The notes: generated from the letters alone by a model not told the origin. DNA of 64,000 nucleotides from Octopus vulgaris (GCA_951406725.2 OX597823.1:30194001-30258000), one strand, 5' to 3'; positions 13,048 to 25,907 are shown, numbered from the stretch's first letter. Translations and numbers: made by a program.

Positions 13048-13131
13048 CTAGCAGTAATACCTGTCGTTGCTCGGGTAATTACTTTTACTCCTTCTCGGGA
13101 GCTACATTCAAAGTGTTATTATATAGAGAGA
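13048..13131 (-). mobile_element. Minimal non-autonomous Helitron (~84 bp)
   Basis: Minus strand A|TC..subterminal hairpin CCCGAGCAACGACAGG..CTAG|T; termini homologous to 21957-22338. Confidence 0.65.
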
Positions 13132-13304
13132 TGCACTCCTCTTGTATGTGTGTATTTTATAAGAAAAAAAATCATGTAATAATTGAAGTAGAAAACAGAT
13201 CAATTTCATACACAAACTTTTGTTTGTTTATTATATGACAATAATAAGTGAGCTGTATGTGTTATTTTATATATCAATACAGTAATGGCAATTATATAAT
13301 ACAT

Positions 13305-13414
13305 AAGGCTTTGGTCGGCAGGGAGCTATAATAAAAGAGAATTGCCCAACGTGCCTCACAGTGAGACTGAACCCAAGGCAACATGGTTAGAAAGCAAACT
13401 CAACCACACAGCCT
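13305..13414 (-). mobile_element. SINE family A head fragment
   Basis: AAGGCTTTGGTCGGC..TTGCCCAACGTGCC..GACTGAACCC..ACCACACAGCC. Confidence 0.75.
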
Positions 13415-13599
13415 ATAAAGGAGAGATACAATTTGGATAATATACTCCTTGATACAAAATGCTTAACAAAAAGATGGAATGTTTATGGCGATAAGGCCTT
13501 TGATTTTAATATTTACTCGAGCAAAACAACAACTAACAACGCTACGCAAATTTTAAAAAAAAACTGACAGAATTTTATTTTTATTACCAAAACAAATAG

Positions 13600-13992
13600 A
13601 TTTATAAATCTTACGTCAAACTTTTATTGAAAATTTTCAACGTATGTATCCCTGCATACTTCAAATTTCTCCTTACCGTTGTGAAACACATTTTGAAGCA
13701 TTACAGGAGTTATAGCTCCTGCACTGGTAACTGAATCTGTTCTTTAAGCTCAGCTAAACGATTGCTCTATCTTAGGGATGGCGGTAAAGAAAATGATTGC
13801 TGCCAAACTGAAAAAAAAGGCTGTTATGGACAAATAAGAGGGGTCCAACAGGAAAGAAAATAAAACTATAAACGAAATTCAAAATCCATACACTTTTAAT
13901 ACATATTAAACATGATAAACATATATAAAAGTGAGTTTTTAAAAAAATGCATCCAATTTCACTCAAATCATCATTAATTACCGGACACCCTG
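13600..13992 (-). mobile_element. Tc1/mariner-superfamily relic
   Basis: One TIR-like end (TA|CAGGGTGTCCGG on the minus strand) and a decayed transposase-like C-terminus (LAELKEQI..AITPVMLQNV..C). The other TIR was not found. Confidence 0.4.
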
Positions 13993-14527
13993 TATTTACT
14001 CGTCCGACTACATGCTAATTCTTTGCATGTACCACATCCTCGCATTGTTGTTTTTCTCCTATGTTTTTTCTTTGTTTTGGGGGGGATTTACCTATATATA
14101 TATATACGATCCAAGGATCGAGATGTAGGAAGAAAGTTAGCTGACGTTTGCGGGGGGGGGGGGTTCGTATCGAAATAGATAAACTGAAAAAGGTTCTTTT
14201 TATATTTCACGGTAGGCGAACCGGGCTGCCAGGTGTGCGAATAAGAATACAAAAGTTACAGACTGGAGTGAGTAGATAAGACCCGGGTTACATATGTTTC
14301 ATAGCGAGCGGAACACCAGAAGTGGTAAATATCCAAGCGAGGTGTATACCGCAGGCTACTCGTCACGCGAAGTCTATCGTGATTAAATGAAATTTTACAT
14401 TGTCGCAAGGAGATGCATGTTAACACATGAAAGATTCAATCAGAATGTGTCCTCTTTATCCTTAAGCAACAAGTTTAATTTCATTTTCATATGCCTAGAG
14501 TAGAAAAGAATATTTGTAACGGCTTTT

Positions 14528-15530
14528 AGGCGACGAGCTGGCAGAAACGTTAGAACGCTGGGCGAAATGCTTAGCGGTATTTCGTCCGCTGCTGCGTTCT
14601 GAGTTCAAATTCCGCCAAGGTCGACTTAGCCTTTCATCCTTTCGGGGTCGATTAAATTAGTACCAGTTACGCACTGGAGTCGATTTAATCGACTTAATCC
14701 GTTTGTCTGTCCTTGTTTGTCCTCTCTTGTGAGTAGTAAATAAATAGGTATTTCGTCTGTCATTACGTTCTGAGTTCAAATTCCACCGAGGTCGACTTTG
14801 GTTTTCATCGTTTCGGGGTCGATAAATAAGTACCTGTTGTGTACTAGGGTCGATCTAATCGACTGCCCCTCCCCTCCACCAAAAAATAATCTCGGGCGTT
14901 ATGCCTAGAGTAGAAAATACTATTTTCCATATGTAAGGCGGTGAGCTGATAGAAACGTTAGCACGCCGGGAAAAATGCTTAGCGGCATTTCGTCTGTCTT
15001 TACGTCCTGAGTTCAAATTCTATCGAGGTCGACTTTTCCTGGTCCCCTCCCCCCAAATTTCTGGCCTTGTGCCTAGAGTAGAAAAGAATCGTTAGCACCC
15101 CGAGAGAAATGTTTAATGGCGTTTCATCTAACTTTACGTCCTGGTTTCAAATGCTGCCGAGGTCGACTTCACATTTCATGTCTTCGGGGTCGATAAAATA
15201 AGTACCTATTTCTTTACTAGCCACAAGGGGCTAAACATAGAGAGGACAAACAAGGACAGACAAACGGATTAAGTCGATTATATCGACCCCAGTGCGTAAC
15301 TGGTACTTATTTAATCGACCCCGAAAGGATGAAAGGCAAAGTTGACCTCGGCGGAATTTGAACTCAGAACGTAACGGCAGACGAAATACGGCTACGCATT
15401 TCGCCCGGCGTGCTAACGTTTCTGCCAGCTCGCCGCCTTTAAAATAAGTACCACTTGATTACTGGGGTAGATGTAATCGACTTAACCCCTCCCCCGAGAT
15501 TGCTGGCCTTGTGCCAAATTTAGAAACCAA
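14528..15530 (+). mobile_element. Cluster of head-to-tail family B SINEs (one dimeric), with an inverted nested copy
   Basis: Repeated TACGT(T/C)CTG(A/G)GTTCAAAT..GAGGTCGACTT blocks near 14595, 14765, 15000 and 15135. Confidence 0.88.
15207..15439 (-). mobile_element. SINE family B inserted antisense into another family B copy
   Basis: 13-bp TSD TAAAATAAGTACC at 15194-15206 and 15440-15452. Confidence 0.9.
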
Positions 15531-15605
15531 TGTTTTTTATCGTGACTCATAATGACGCAGGTTGTTATTCAGATGTAGCTCACCTTTATGTTTATTTAAG
15601 TATCA

Positions 15606-15671
<66 letters not shown>

Positions 15672-16117
15672 TTGTGTTTGTATGTATATGTGTGTGTCTG
15701 TCCCACTCCCACCACAATCATCTCCCGTCCTTTCGTTTGACGACGACCAGCACCACCACATTTTCCACTAGCAGCTATCACCACTACTGCTATCAACACT
15801 ACCATCACCACTACTGCTATCAACACAACAACACCACTACTGCTATCAACACTGCCATCACCCACCACCACAACCACCACAACACCAACACTACCACCAC
15901 CATCACCAAACTATTCTTTCAACTAAACAAACCAATCGAAGTGGACCATAAATCTTGTATTAAGTATAACGTCGAGACTTTAACGAGATAATAAAAATGT
16001 ATTAGTGCCGCTATTTGTCTAGTAGTGGGGGAGGGGGCTTGTGGTGGCGGCGGTGGTTGTGGCGGGGTTGACGGTGATGGTAGTGTTGGTCGCAGTAGTG
16101 ATGGTGGTGGTAGCGGT

Positions 16118-16190
<73 letters not shown>

Positions 16191-16195
16191 GTATT

Positions 16196-16385
16196 CAGCG
16201 TGGAAGGTGTTTGTAAGCCATTTAAGAAACACACAAAAGCCGTTCGATTCACTTCAACATGTTGAAGTGAATCGAACGGCTTTTGTGTGTTTCTTAAATT
16301 GCTTACAAACACCTTCCACGCTGCAATTGTTTTCCTTTCAGCACACGATCTCAGATCAAACCACTTGCTATGCGAGTACATCTCC
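16196..16385. repeat. Near-perfect 128-bp palindrome (16196-16323) with a one-sided extension, inside (TA)n
   Basis: 64-bp arms centred on AACA|TGTT, no loop, one mismatch seen. Confidence 0.92.
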
Positions 16386-16407
16386 TATATATATATATAT
16401 ATATATA

Positions 16408-16601
16408 AGGGTGTCCCAGAAGTCGCGCACCACCCTGTTTTTTTAAAAGAATACACCCATATTGATTTCGAAATTAATCGTAACAGATGCTCAAATTGAG
16501 CACCCTCTACAATAAAACATGCAGAAAAAATATAATAAAATAAAATGCTTTAATAATTTTTATTGAAAACCAGATTGGTGCGCGACTTTTGGGGCACCCT
16601 G
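16408..16601. mobile_element. Tc1/mariner-type MITE
   Basis: TIRs AGGGTGTCCCAGAAGTCGCGCACCA / TGGTGCGCGACTTTTGGGGCACCCTG; TA on both flanks. Confidence 0.85.
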
Positions 16602-16711
16602 TATATATAATACACACACACGGGGTGGCGTCATTCGAAGGCTAAAACAATGCAAACGCATTGTGACCAGCGATGTGTAACAACATCTGATGGTCTGGTC
16701 GGTCACGTGAT

Positions 16712-16755
<44 letters not shown>

Positions 16756-16757
<2 letters not shown>

Positions 16758-17020
16758 AAAACTTCTAGGTTCAACCCTCCGATGATCCCACTGATATTGA
16801 CATAAGAGAAGCTGACGAAGTTGATTTCCAGCATAAAATCTCGGACATAACCTTAACTGCGTCAGACATCATAGCAGCAACAAATGAGGTCAAATACTAT
16901 TCTGCTGTAGATTCTGATAGATTCCCCACTAGTCTCCTGAAGGAATGTAGACACCAACTTGCAGTGCCTCTGACCAACCTCTGAAGATATTCTTTAGACT
17001 CAAGTTATAATTCCGAAACA
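16756..17020 (+). mobile_element. LINE ORF2 fragment (CR1/L2/Jockey group, region just upstream of the RT core)
   Basis: KISDITLTASDIIAATNEVKYYSAVDSDRFPTSLLKECRHQLAVPLTNL resembles the K...A.GPD.....LK.C...LA.PL motif. Confidence 0.65.
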
Positions 17021-17049
17021 GCTCGCCGCCTTACATATAGAAAATAATC

Positions 17050-17262
17050 TTTTCTACACTAGGCACAAGGCCCGAAATTTTTGGGAAGGGAGCCAGTCGA
17101 TTAGATCGACCCCAGTGCGCAACTGGTACTTAATTTATCGACTGTCGAATCGATGAAAGGCAAAATCGACCGGGGCGGAATTTGAACTCAGAATGTAAAG
17201 ACAGACGAAATATCGCTAAGCATTTCGCTCGGCGTGGTAACGTTTCTGCCAGCTCGCCGCCT
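17050..17262 (-). mobile_element. SINE family B
   Basis: Reverse-complement match ending ..TCTGCCAGCTCGCCGCC. Confidence 0.88.
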
Positions 17263-17546
17263 TCCTGTGCTAAAATATTACCAGAATGTGTAAAGGCTAG
17301 AAGCTACATCCAACTGTCCCTGGCCAAGTTGCAGTTGTACAACGAGCCTAAAGTATACTTAACAGCGATTTTGTGTGTTGTTAAATGACGTAAATTGCTC
17401 TTGAAGGGTGGAATCGTTTTAGCTTCAGCACAAGGTCTCAGATAAACACGGTTACTTGACAAATACAATACTGAATTTTTTTGTGGGGTGTGTGTGTTTA
17501 AGTGCGTTTGTGTATGTGTGTATGTATGTGTATGTGTGTGTAAGTG

Positions 17547-17607
<61 letters not shown>

Positions 17608-18254
17608 GTGTCAGTTCGTATGGGTGTGCTCGTGTGTAAAGTAAGCATGAGCATGTATGTATGTTTCTGAAAATATGTATTAATAGAACAAAAAACGTGT
17701 AAGGCTAATCGTAAATAAGAAGCCTGGTAATTTTTTATACGCAAAACCAGAGCCTTTTACGAAATACCGCCACTTCTACAAGTACCTGCGAAGTTTTTGG
17801 TTATAAATACTAATTCTGGTTTAAACAAACTATTATTGACACCGTCTTTATTCATTTATTTCCTCATATATTTTCTCAGCAGTAGCCTCAATATCCTTCT
17901 CTTACTATCCTCCGATGTATTTGGGGTGGGGGAATCTCCCATTTTTTTCCTAATATAAGAAAATCTTAGAACCGCTTCTAAACATTTTTAATGGTGATTT
18001 TTTTCTCTAAGTTTTGCCTAAATTGTCAGTTTAATTTATATTCCACCACCTTTTCCCCCCTTTTTTTCTGAAATCTAAACTATACTACTCAGCCTAATCA
18101 AGATAGTTTCACAGATCTACGGCTACTTTATCATCTCTGGATCCATGGTGCATGACGAAATTATTAATACTTCCAGCAAGTTCATAGAGTTGGCGTGTCC
18201 TCTCGGAAAGTATCGCTCAATGACAGGTTACATACGTACATACATGCATACATC

Positions 18255-18645
18255 TCTTTTACTCTTTTACTTGTTTCAGTCAGTTGACTGTGGCCATGCT
18301 GGAGCACCGCCTTTAGTCGAGCAACTCGACCCCGGGACTTATTCTTTGTAAGCCTAGTACTTATTCTATCGGTCTCTTTTGCCGAACCGCTAAGTGACGG
18401 GGACATTGTCAAGCAATGGTAGGGGGATAAACACAGACACACAAACATACACGCACACACACATATATATATATATACATATATACGACGGGCTTTTTTC
18501 AGTTTCCGTCTCCCAAATCCACTCACAAGGCTTTGGTCGGCCCGAGGCTATAGTAGAAGACACTTACCCAAGGTGCTACACAGCGGGACTGAACCCGGAA
18601 CCATGTGGTTGGTAAGCAAGCTACTTACCACACAGCCACTCCTGC
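18255..18645 (-). mobile_element. SINE family A
   Basis: Near full-length match with a small internal deletion. Confidence 0.9.
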
Positions 18646-18677
18646 AAACATAATTTAGATATACGTTTATATATTTT

Positions 18678-18711
<34 letters not shown>

Positions 18712-19069
18712 GACATATATATATATTCATATACATTTATATACATTTATTTATATGTGTGTGTGTTTGTGTGTGTGTATCAAACAATTGCTTGTCAGTT
18801 ACCTATGACACACAGCCTTTGGTACCTAAAGATTTGATGACACCACAAAAACGATATCATAAATAAGAGACACCGACACCCATTTTACTAACAGTTCTCC
18901 CGCCGCGCCTCTTACGCATCGTCCTTACTATGACTCATAGCTCTACAAATATCATTCCTACCATCACGGCAACTACAAAAGAATTTCATTATTTGACACG
19001 TTCACTAGGTGATTTACGAGCCGATTATAATCTATAGAGAAAACTACTTTTGACATATATACGCACAAA

Positions 19070-19127
<58 letters not shown>

Positions 19128-19265
19128 CACACGCACGCACACACACATTCCCTCACATATGCTCAGACACACATACATATATGTGTGTATCATATATATA
19201 TATAAGTTTGTGTATATGTGTGCATATGTGTGCATATGTGTGCATATATACATATATATATATAT

Positions 19266-19298
<33 letters not shown>

Positions 19299-19305
19299 TA
19301 CATAC

Positions 19306-19424
<119 letters not shown>

Positions 19425-19763
19425 ATAAGAAAACAGAAAATGGAGATAACTTTGATGAACAACAATTAATTTGCATCAATTATATATATATATATATAGC
19501 GCCAGGTGGTGCTATTAAGTTAGACATGGCCTGGGCCAATACTGGCCAAAACCTTTCTAAGTTATTCTAAGTTATATATATACACACACATACATATATT
19601 CTTTTTATTTTTCTACATCTATATGTGCAACTTAGTTCAATTCGAGCACTTCGATTCTAGCCTGTTTTTGAGTATTGATAAAATTAACAATCTCTAGATA
19701 AAATTGTATAATATACACATATATATATATACACACACACATATATATGCATATATATGTATA

Positions 19764-19918
19764 TAAAGTTAATCGAAACAAGAAAACACAAAAAAACACA
19801 ACAACATGAGGACGTGGAACAAATATAGTGTTATTGGACGCTCAGGAAAGAAGGGAAGAAGGAGGGTTTAGGTTTCGAGCGGAGCTCTTCGTCGGAAACA
19901 TAGGAGAAGGAAAGATCC

Positions 19919-19920
<2 letters not shown>
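19764..19920 (-). mobile_element. PLE-type tail remnant with a hammerhead fold, inside (TA)n
   Basis: Minus 19899-19866: GTTT-CCGACGA-A-GAGC-TCC-GCTC-GAAA-CCTAAAC. Confidence 0.6.
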
Positions 19921-19968
<48 letters not shown>

Positions 19969-19972
<4 letters not shown>

Positions 19973-20226
19973 CATAAGGGACTATCTGAATATGGTAGGG
20001 ACAGCGGGTGGTGGGGGTGTTACTGTTGCATTTAGCCCCAGGCGAACATCGACGTCACCAGAAAGGCTCGACACCGTCACGAGCCTTTCTGGTGACGTCG
20101 ATGTCGCCTGGGGCTAAATGCAACAGTAACACCACCACGCCCTGTCCCTAGCCATATTCAGATGGCTTTAGTCCCTTATGTTATCGAGCAGTTACTGTCT
20201 ATATCCCTTTTAGAGAATTATTATTG

Positions 20227-20228
<2 letters not shown>
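19969..20228. repeat. Fold-back element (arms ~100 bp, 9-nt loop at 20071-20079) with a one-sided extension, inside (TA)n
   Basis: ACATCGACGTCACCAGAAAGGCTCG / CGAGCCTTTCTGGTGACGTCGATGT; the outer arms pair with small indels. Confidence 0.9.
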
Positions 20229-20270
<42 letters not shown>

Positions 20271-20383
20271 ATATGTATACATTGATATTGGGATGGTATT
20301 ATTAAAATACCGTCACGAGTGGCAAGCGAATTATCAGTCGTCCAGGTAAATTAGTAAAATATATACATTCAATATTAGATATC

Positions 20384-20580
20384 TCTTTTACTCTTTTACT
20401 TGTTTCAGTCATGTGACTGTGGCCATGCTGGAGCACTGCCTTTAGTCGAGCAAATCGACCCCAGGACTTATTCTTTGTAAGCCTAGTACTTATTCTATCA
20501 GTCTCTTTTTTCTATTCTATCGGTCTCTTACAGGGACGTAAACACACCAGCATCGGAGGGACAAATACAGGCACACAAAC
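20384..20580 (-). mobile_element. SINE family A, 3' half
   Basis: Match to the tail-side half; ends in the CA/TA tract. Confidence 0.85.
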
Positions 20581-20582
20581 AT

Positions 20583-20651
<69 letters not shown>

Positions 20652-20782
20652 CCGAAATTGCGAAAATGATCCGGTTCATGACTGAAGATTGAAGGCTTCG
20701 AATGTTCCGTTCGTGTTTTTTGTACCGTCTTCTAAATGTTTTGCGTTCTTGTCCCAGTTTGTATTTTTTTACATATACATAT

Positions 20783-20844
<62 letters not shown>

Positions 20845-20873
20845 TATATATATATATATATATATATACATAA

Positions 20874-20904
<31 letters not shown>

Positions 20905-21077
20905 AGGTATGTGTGTGTGTGCGCGTGCGTGCGTGCACGTGTATGTGCTATTCCGTGATGGTAAGATCACCAAAAGGCTACTGCATCTGGTGAGAGACAG
21001 TATTATTTAATAAACATAATATATGTTTTTGTGTTACGTGCTATCATCAGTTTAATGCGATAAAAGCATCCTAGAAT

Positions 21078-21315
21078 ATTTTAACACGTCTCGTGCCTTA
21101 TCGCAATCTTCAGGCAATGCCCACACAGCATCACAAGCTAAAAATAGGACGATAGGATGAGAGAAAAAACGAGAAAAGGCGAGAAAGAAGTCGATATAAA
21201 AGGTGGAATGTTGAAAAACCGGAAAAGGAAACGGAAAACGTAAAGAATCATAAGCTTCTTATGTCATGGGGTCATTGCCTGAACATTGCGATAAGGCACC
21301 AGACATGTTGAAAAT
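21078..21315. repeat. Inverted repeat pair (~60-bp arms) with a degenerate hammerhead-like motif
   Basis: GTGCCTTATCGCAATCTTCAGGCAATG / CATTGCCTGAACATTGCGATAAGGCAC. Confidence 0.75.
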
Positions 21316-21956
21316 GCTGTGTATGATGAAAGCGTCTTAGACAGCATCTTAGACATACATGCATACATATATCTGTGTGTGTGTGCGCGCGCGCACGTGT
21401 ATGCCAAGTGTCGAGGCACAAATTTCATTTAAGCAGGTGACGATTAGGTGCACGTTTTTAATAAGTCTCAAGAGACACAAAATGCTTTTGTCGTAATCGT
21501 GAGTGACAGTAGCGACAATACTCACCTCGGATCCATATATATTGTATTCTAAATACAAGTCTACGAAGAGATTTTACCTCAGGCAATTCCACAGCATCGT
21601 GCCTTGTAAAGGTTTGTATGCATTTAGTATGATACACAGATGGCGATTTAGATTTAATGTTGTTTCAATTGCGTATACCTAGTTTATCTACAGCCCGGTC
21701 AACTCCCGTAATGCCAGTGAATGTTCTATTTACTATTTCTTATATATCAAATCACAAATTCCGTTTAACTATATATTTTGAACTGGTAGTTATTTCGTCG
21801 ATTCTCTTTGTCAAACCGTTAAGTTACAGGACATGAAGTATCACGACGTATACAACAAACAACGCTTGTTTCAAGACTGTTTTAAATATTAATAGAGATA
21901 TACATACGGACAACTTGTAAAATATTTTAACATTTCATGAAACACTTTACAATATA

Positions 21957-22338
21957 CTAGCAGTATCGCCCGGCGTTGCTCGGGTTTGTAAGGGAAATAA
22001 CTATATAAGCATTTTTGGAGATGTAAAGTATAATAGCCATCTCAATATGGCTAACCACAAAGGGGGTGTTACTGTAGCTTTTTACGTTCTGAGATTTAAT
22101 AATAAATTTTTAGAGAGTTACTTCCCTTATATATGCCAAAAATGCATTAAAAATGGGAAAAATTGATGGTAATTTTTTTTTACATCGTAGACGCGCGCTA
22201 ATACCCAGACGGGCTCGATATGAATCACGACTGTAAGATACCCGGTTTTGGTTAAACTGCACCGCCAAATGTGGGAGTAGTTAGGAATCTAAATCGTAGG
22301 AAACAGACAGCACACAACCTCACTTTTATATATAAAGA
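21957..22338 (-). mobile_element. Non-autonomous Helitron
   Basis: Minus strand starts A|TCTTTATATATAAAAGTG and ends with hairpin CCCGAGCAACGCCGGG then CTAG|T; no TSD. Confidence 0.85.
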
Positions 22339-22768
22339 TTTGCTTCAGGTTTTTACGAATCAACATGCTTTGAACTGGCAAGTGTGTGTGTTTGTATGTG
22401 GGGGAGTGTACATACATACATACATACATACATACATACATACATACATACATACATACATACATACATACATACATCCATACATGCATGCATACATACA
22501 TACATACACACATACAAAAATACTCTGCTGTTGATGCTGAAGTTCCAGTGAAGGAGCCTTGGACCTAGGTTAGAAACCGGCTCTTTCTCTATTGGCAAGA
22601 AATCTTGCAATAAAATTGAATAATGGCATACATTCATACAAACTAACAGGCATAAGTTACATATATATGCAGAGAGAGAGAAAGTATTTTGGTCGAGCCA
22701 GTCTCTCGGTACTCTTAGCTTCACCTGTGTGTGCACAGGTCTTCGAGCAATATATTCATATATATATA

Positions 22769-22830
<62 letters not shown>

Positions 22831-22861
22831 CTATTTAAAAACAGCAGAAATATAAGAAAAG

Positions 22862-22899
22862 CTGTTACTCAGAGTTTCACGTTCCCGTTCGTCCGACAG
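22862..22899 (-). ncRNA. Minimal type-I hammerhead ribozyme fold (PLE type), one core substitution
   Basis: CTGT-CGGACGA-ACG-GGAA-CGT-GAA-ACTC-T-GAGT-A-ACAG. Stems I, II and III all pair; CUGA reads CGGA. Confidence 0.65.
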
Positions 22900-23014
22900 T
22901 TTTGTGCATATTACTCTACCTCTGGTATTTGAGTACTCTTTTTTCCACCCTGTTTCACATTTATGTGCTTACTCCGGAATATATATATATTATTTTAAAG
23001 CTTAACTTTTAAAA

Positions 23015-23064
23015 ATATTTTTGATAAGGTTCGTTTTTCCAAGAAGAACCGAAACATGAAAAAT
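23015..23064 (+). ncRNA. Degenerate hammerhead-like fold in a (TA)n-flanked PLE-type remnant
   Basis: ATTT-TTGATAA-GGTTC..GAACC-GAA-ACATG-AAAAAT; the core is mutated. Confidence 0.4.
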
Positions 23065-23151
23065 CTCAAAGAAAATTAAAATTTATCTTATATAGTGGCG
23101 TTTTCAGACTTCTTTTCTTTTCTATAAACCCACTCGTATGCCACCTACACT

Positions 23152-23230
<79 letters not shown>

Positions 23231-23262
23231 TATATATACATGTATATATACATACATACATC

Positions 23263-23297
<35 letters not shown>

Positions 23298-23530
23298 GAA
23301 TTTACACTGATATACATCCACACACTTAGGCACAAACACACAGATGTATACTGAAATATATAATACACACGTTTGAATTTAGAAAGGAGGAATATATTCA
23401 ATACAAGTGATTATTCATGTAATCGCAGCTAAAGCTGTTGGCAATGGTTATTTTATACAAAAATGCGTAGAGTTAGTGTGCGCGCACATGTATGTATACT
23501 TATGTCTGTATATATGTGTATGTATGTGTG

Positions 23531-23623
<93 letters not shown>

Positions 23624-24201
23624 GTGTGTGTGTGTGTATAAGTCTTCATGTATGTATATACGCATGTGTGTGTGTGTAACTGTGTGTATATGTGTGTGTA
23701 ACTGTGTGTATGTGTGTGTGTGCGTGTGTATTTGTTTTTTTTTTTGTTTTTTTTTTTATCTGAATACTTCTGCTGTTCTTTGCTCAATAGATGTTATCGA
23801 ACTAACGATATTGGTTGAAAGAATCACGGCTTTTGATATAATAAAGCTTTCTCATTCGATCAATTAAATAAATGAGTTTCGATTTATTTGGGATCAATAC
23901 GTTGGTATGCGGGTATTTGTCTCTGAATAATTTGTGCAGTGTGCGGCGTAGATAAAACAGGGGGACAACTGATGAAGGGATTGTTCTTTATGCTGCCTGT
24001 CCCTTTTCTCTATTTGTTTCTTTCGTTGATCGAAAAAAAGTTCGTTTTCTGGGTTTTTTTTTATATTCTTGTTTCTCATTTTGTTCACGTTTTTTCGACG
24101 TCCTGTACCCATATATGCATGTATATATACATATAGATGTAGGTATGTGCATATATGTATGTATATATGCATATACTTATATATCATTTATATTATATAT
24201 T

Positions 24202-24265
<64 letters not shown>

Positions 24266-25212
24266 AAACAAATACACACACACACACACACACGCATGCA
24301 CATATATACGTATGTATGTAAGTATGTATGTATGTACATGTTCATATACATATGTGGGTGTGTACCTGAAAAATCGACACGAGACCGTAAACGCACAAGG
24401 ATTCAAAATACATGCAATAAGCCATCGTGTTACAATTCTTATAATGCTCTAAAGACATTCTATAGCCATATGTATTGTTCCATGGCACCAATCAGCTCTT
24501 TTGACGGAACGAGAGATCACTCTAAAATAGTTGGCACGCTACAGAGAACACTTCCGTCATCTAAATCAAACACGGGCAACATTTTTCTAGATTCTGGTCG
24601 CAAGAGACGTGGCTCATCATTCTACGGGCCGCACTACTAAATACATTCAAATAACTATATCATTTAGAAAATCTTACGAGCCACATGCGGGCCGTGGTTT
24701 ACCTATGACTGTTCTAAACGAACCGAAAGTAGCAGAATCGTCTATCAAATGGGAATTTTGTGAAATATCTTAATCATTCACTGCCTTCAGGAGCCATCAA
24801 TTTTCACCAAGTTATTACGGTCATCAAAATCTCCTGGGTCGGAAAACAAATCGTCAGAGAACTCATAGAAGGAGAGTGGTTATCTCTGCAGAACACTTAG
24901 CCTCTGCTCCCGCTGAAGCCCGCACTCTGATTTTTATATGGCTTTTTTCTAAAATTCATTAGATCGGTCGTTTGGGTTTAACCTTTGTCAGAACCTCATA
25001 GCAATGCATAGAAGTATTATAATCTCTCCCATTTGGACCTAACATACTTGCCTCCCTTGTTTTCTTTTTTGTTTGTTTTTTTTTTGATAATACAAGCACC
25101 CTTCCATATTGTTATAAGTATACCTGGCTGCATGCTTTTCCTTAAGACAGCTTCTACAAAAAGGCGGGGAGCTGCACCAAGACTTGTTCATTGTAATGAT
25201 ACTTAACCGTTA

Positions 25213-25431
25213 CTCTCTCTTTTACTCTTTCACTTGTTTCAGTCATTTGACTGCGACCATGCTGGAGCACCGCCTTTAGTCGAGCAAATCGACCCCGGGA
25301 CTTATTCTTTGTAAGCCCAGTACTTATTCTATCGGTCTCTTTTGCCGAACCGCTAAATGACGGGGACGTAAACACACCAGCATCGGTTGTCAAGCAATGC
25401 TAGAGGGACAAACACAGACATACAAACATAT

Positions 25432-25492
<61 letters not shown>

Positions 25493-25602
25493 TATATACG
25501 ACAGGCTTCTTTCAGTTTCCGTCTACCAAATCTACTCACAAAGCTTTGGTCGGCCCGAGGCTATAGCAGAAGACACTTGCCCAAGATGCCACGCTGTGGG
25601 AC
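25213..25602 (-). mobile_element. SINE family A (head truncated)
   Basis: Close match to 38813-39219. Confidence 0.9.
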
Positions 25603-25907
25603 AGACATTTTCTCTGGAACGTCCTTAAAGTTTGCCGTCGGCCCATATTCTTTAATCTCTTCCGCCATTTTCACAGTTCGGGCTGTTGTTGGTGGGGGTG
25701 GGGGATTGGGGGAAAACATCGGAGCTCTTCAGTGTAATAACAAGAAAAAAGCGGGGATAACTTTTAACTTTCGACACGACACGAACCTTTGCAACATCAG
25801 AAGACAGTGAGTCGCCACCAAGCTCCAATCTGCATAGATCAGTGTGTAACAGACATCCACACACTTTTATGGGAAATCACTACTTCACTGTTTTGCTTAA
25901 TCTGAAA

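Noticed and set aside
22525-22630. Another hammerhead (GAAACCGGC)
   Set aside because: I could not place a CUGANGA core with a consistent stem II.
24625-24712. hAT-like MITE end (a similar hint at 58640-58740)
   Set aside because: Only one degenerate terminus is visible in each case, with no partner TIR or 8-bp TSD.
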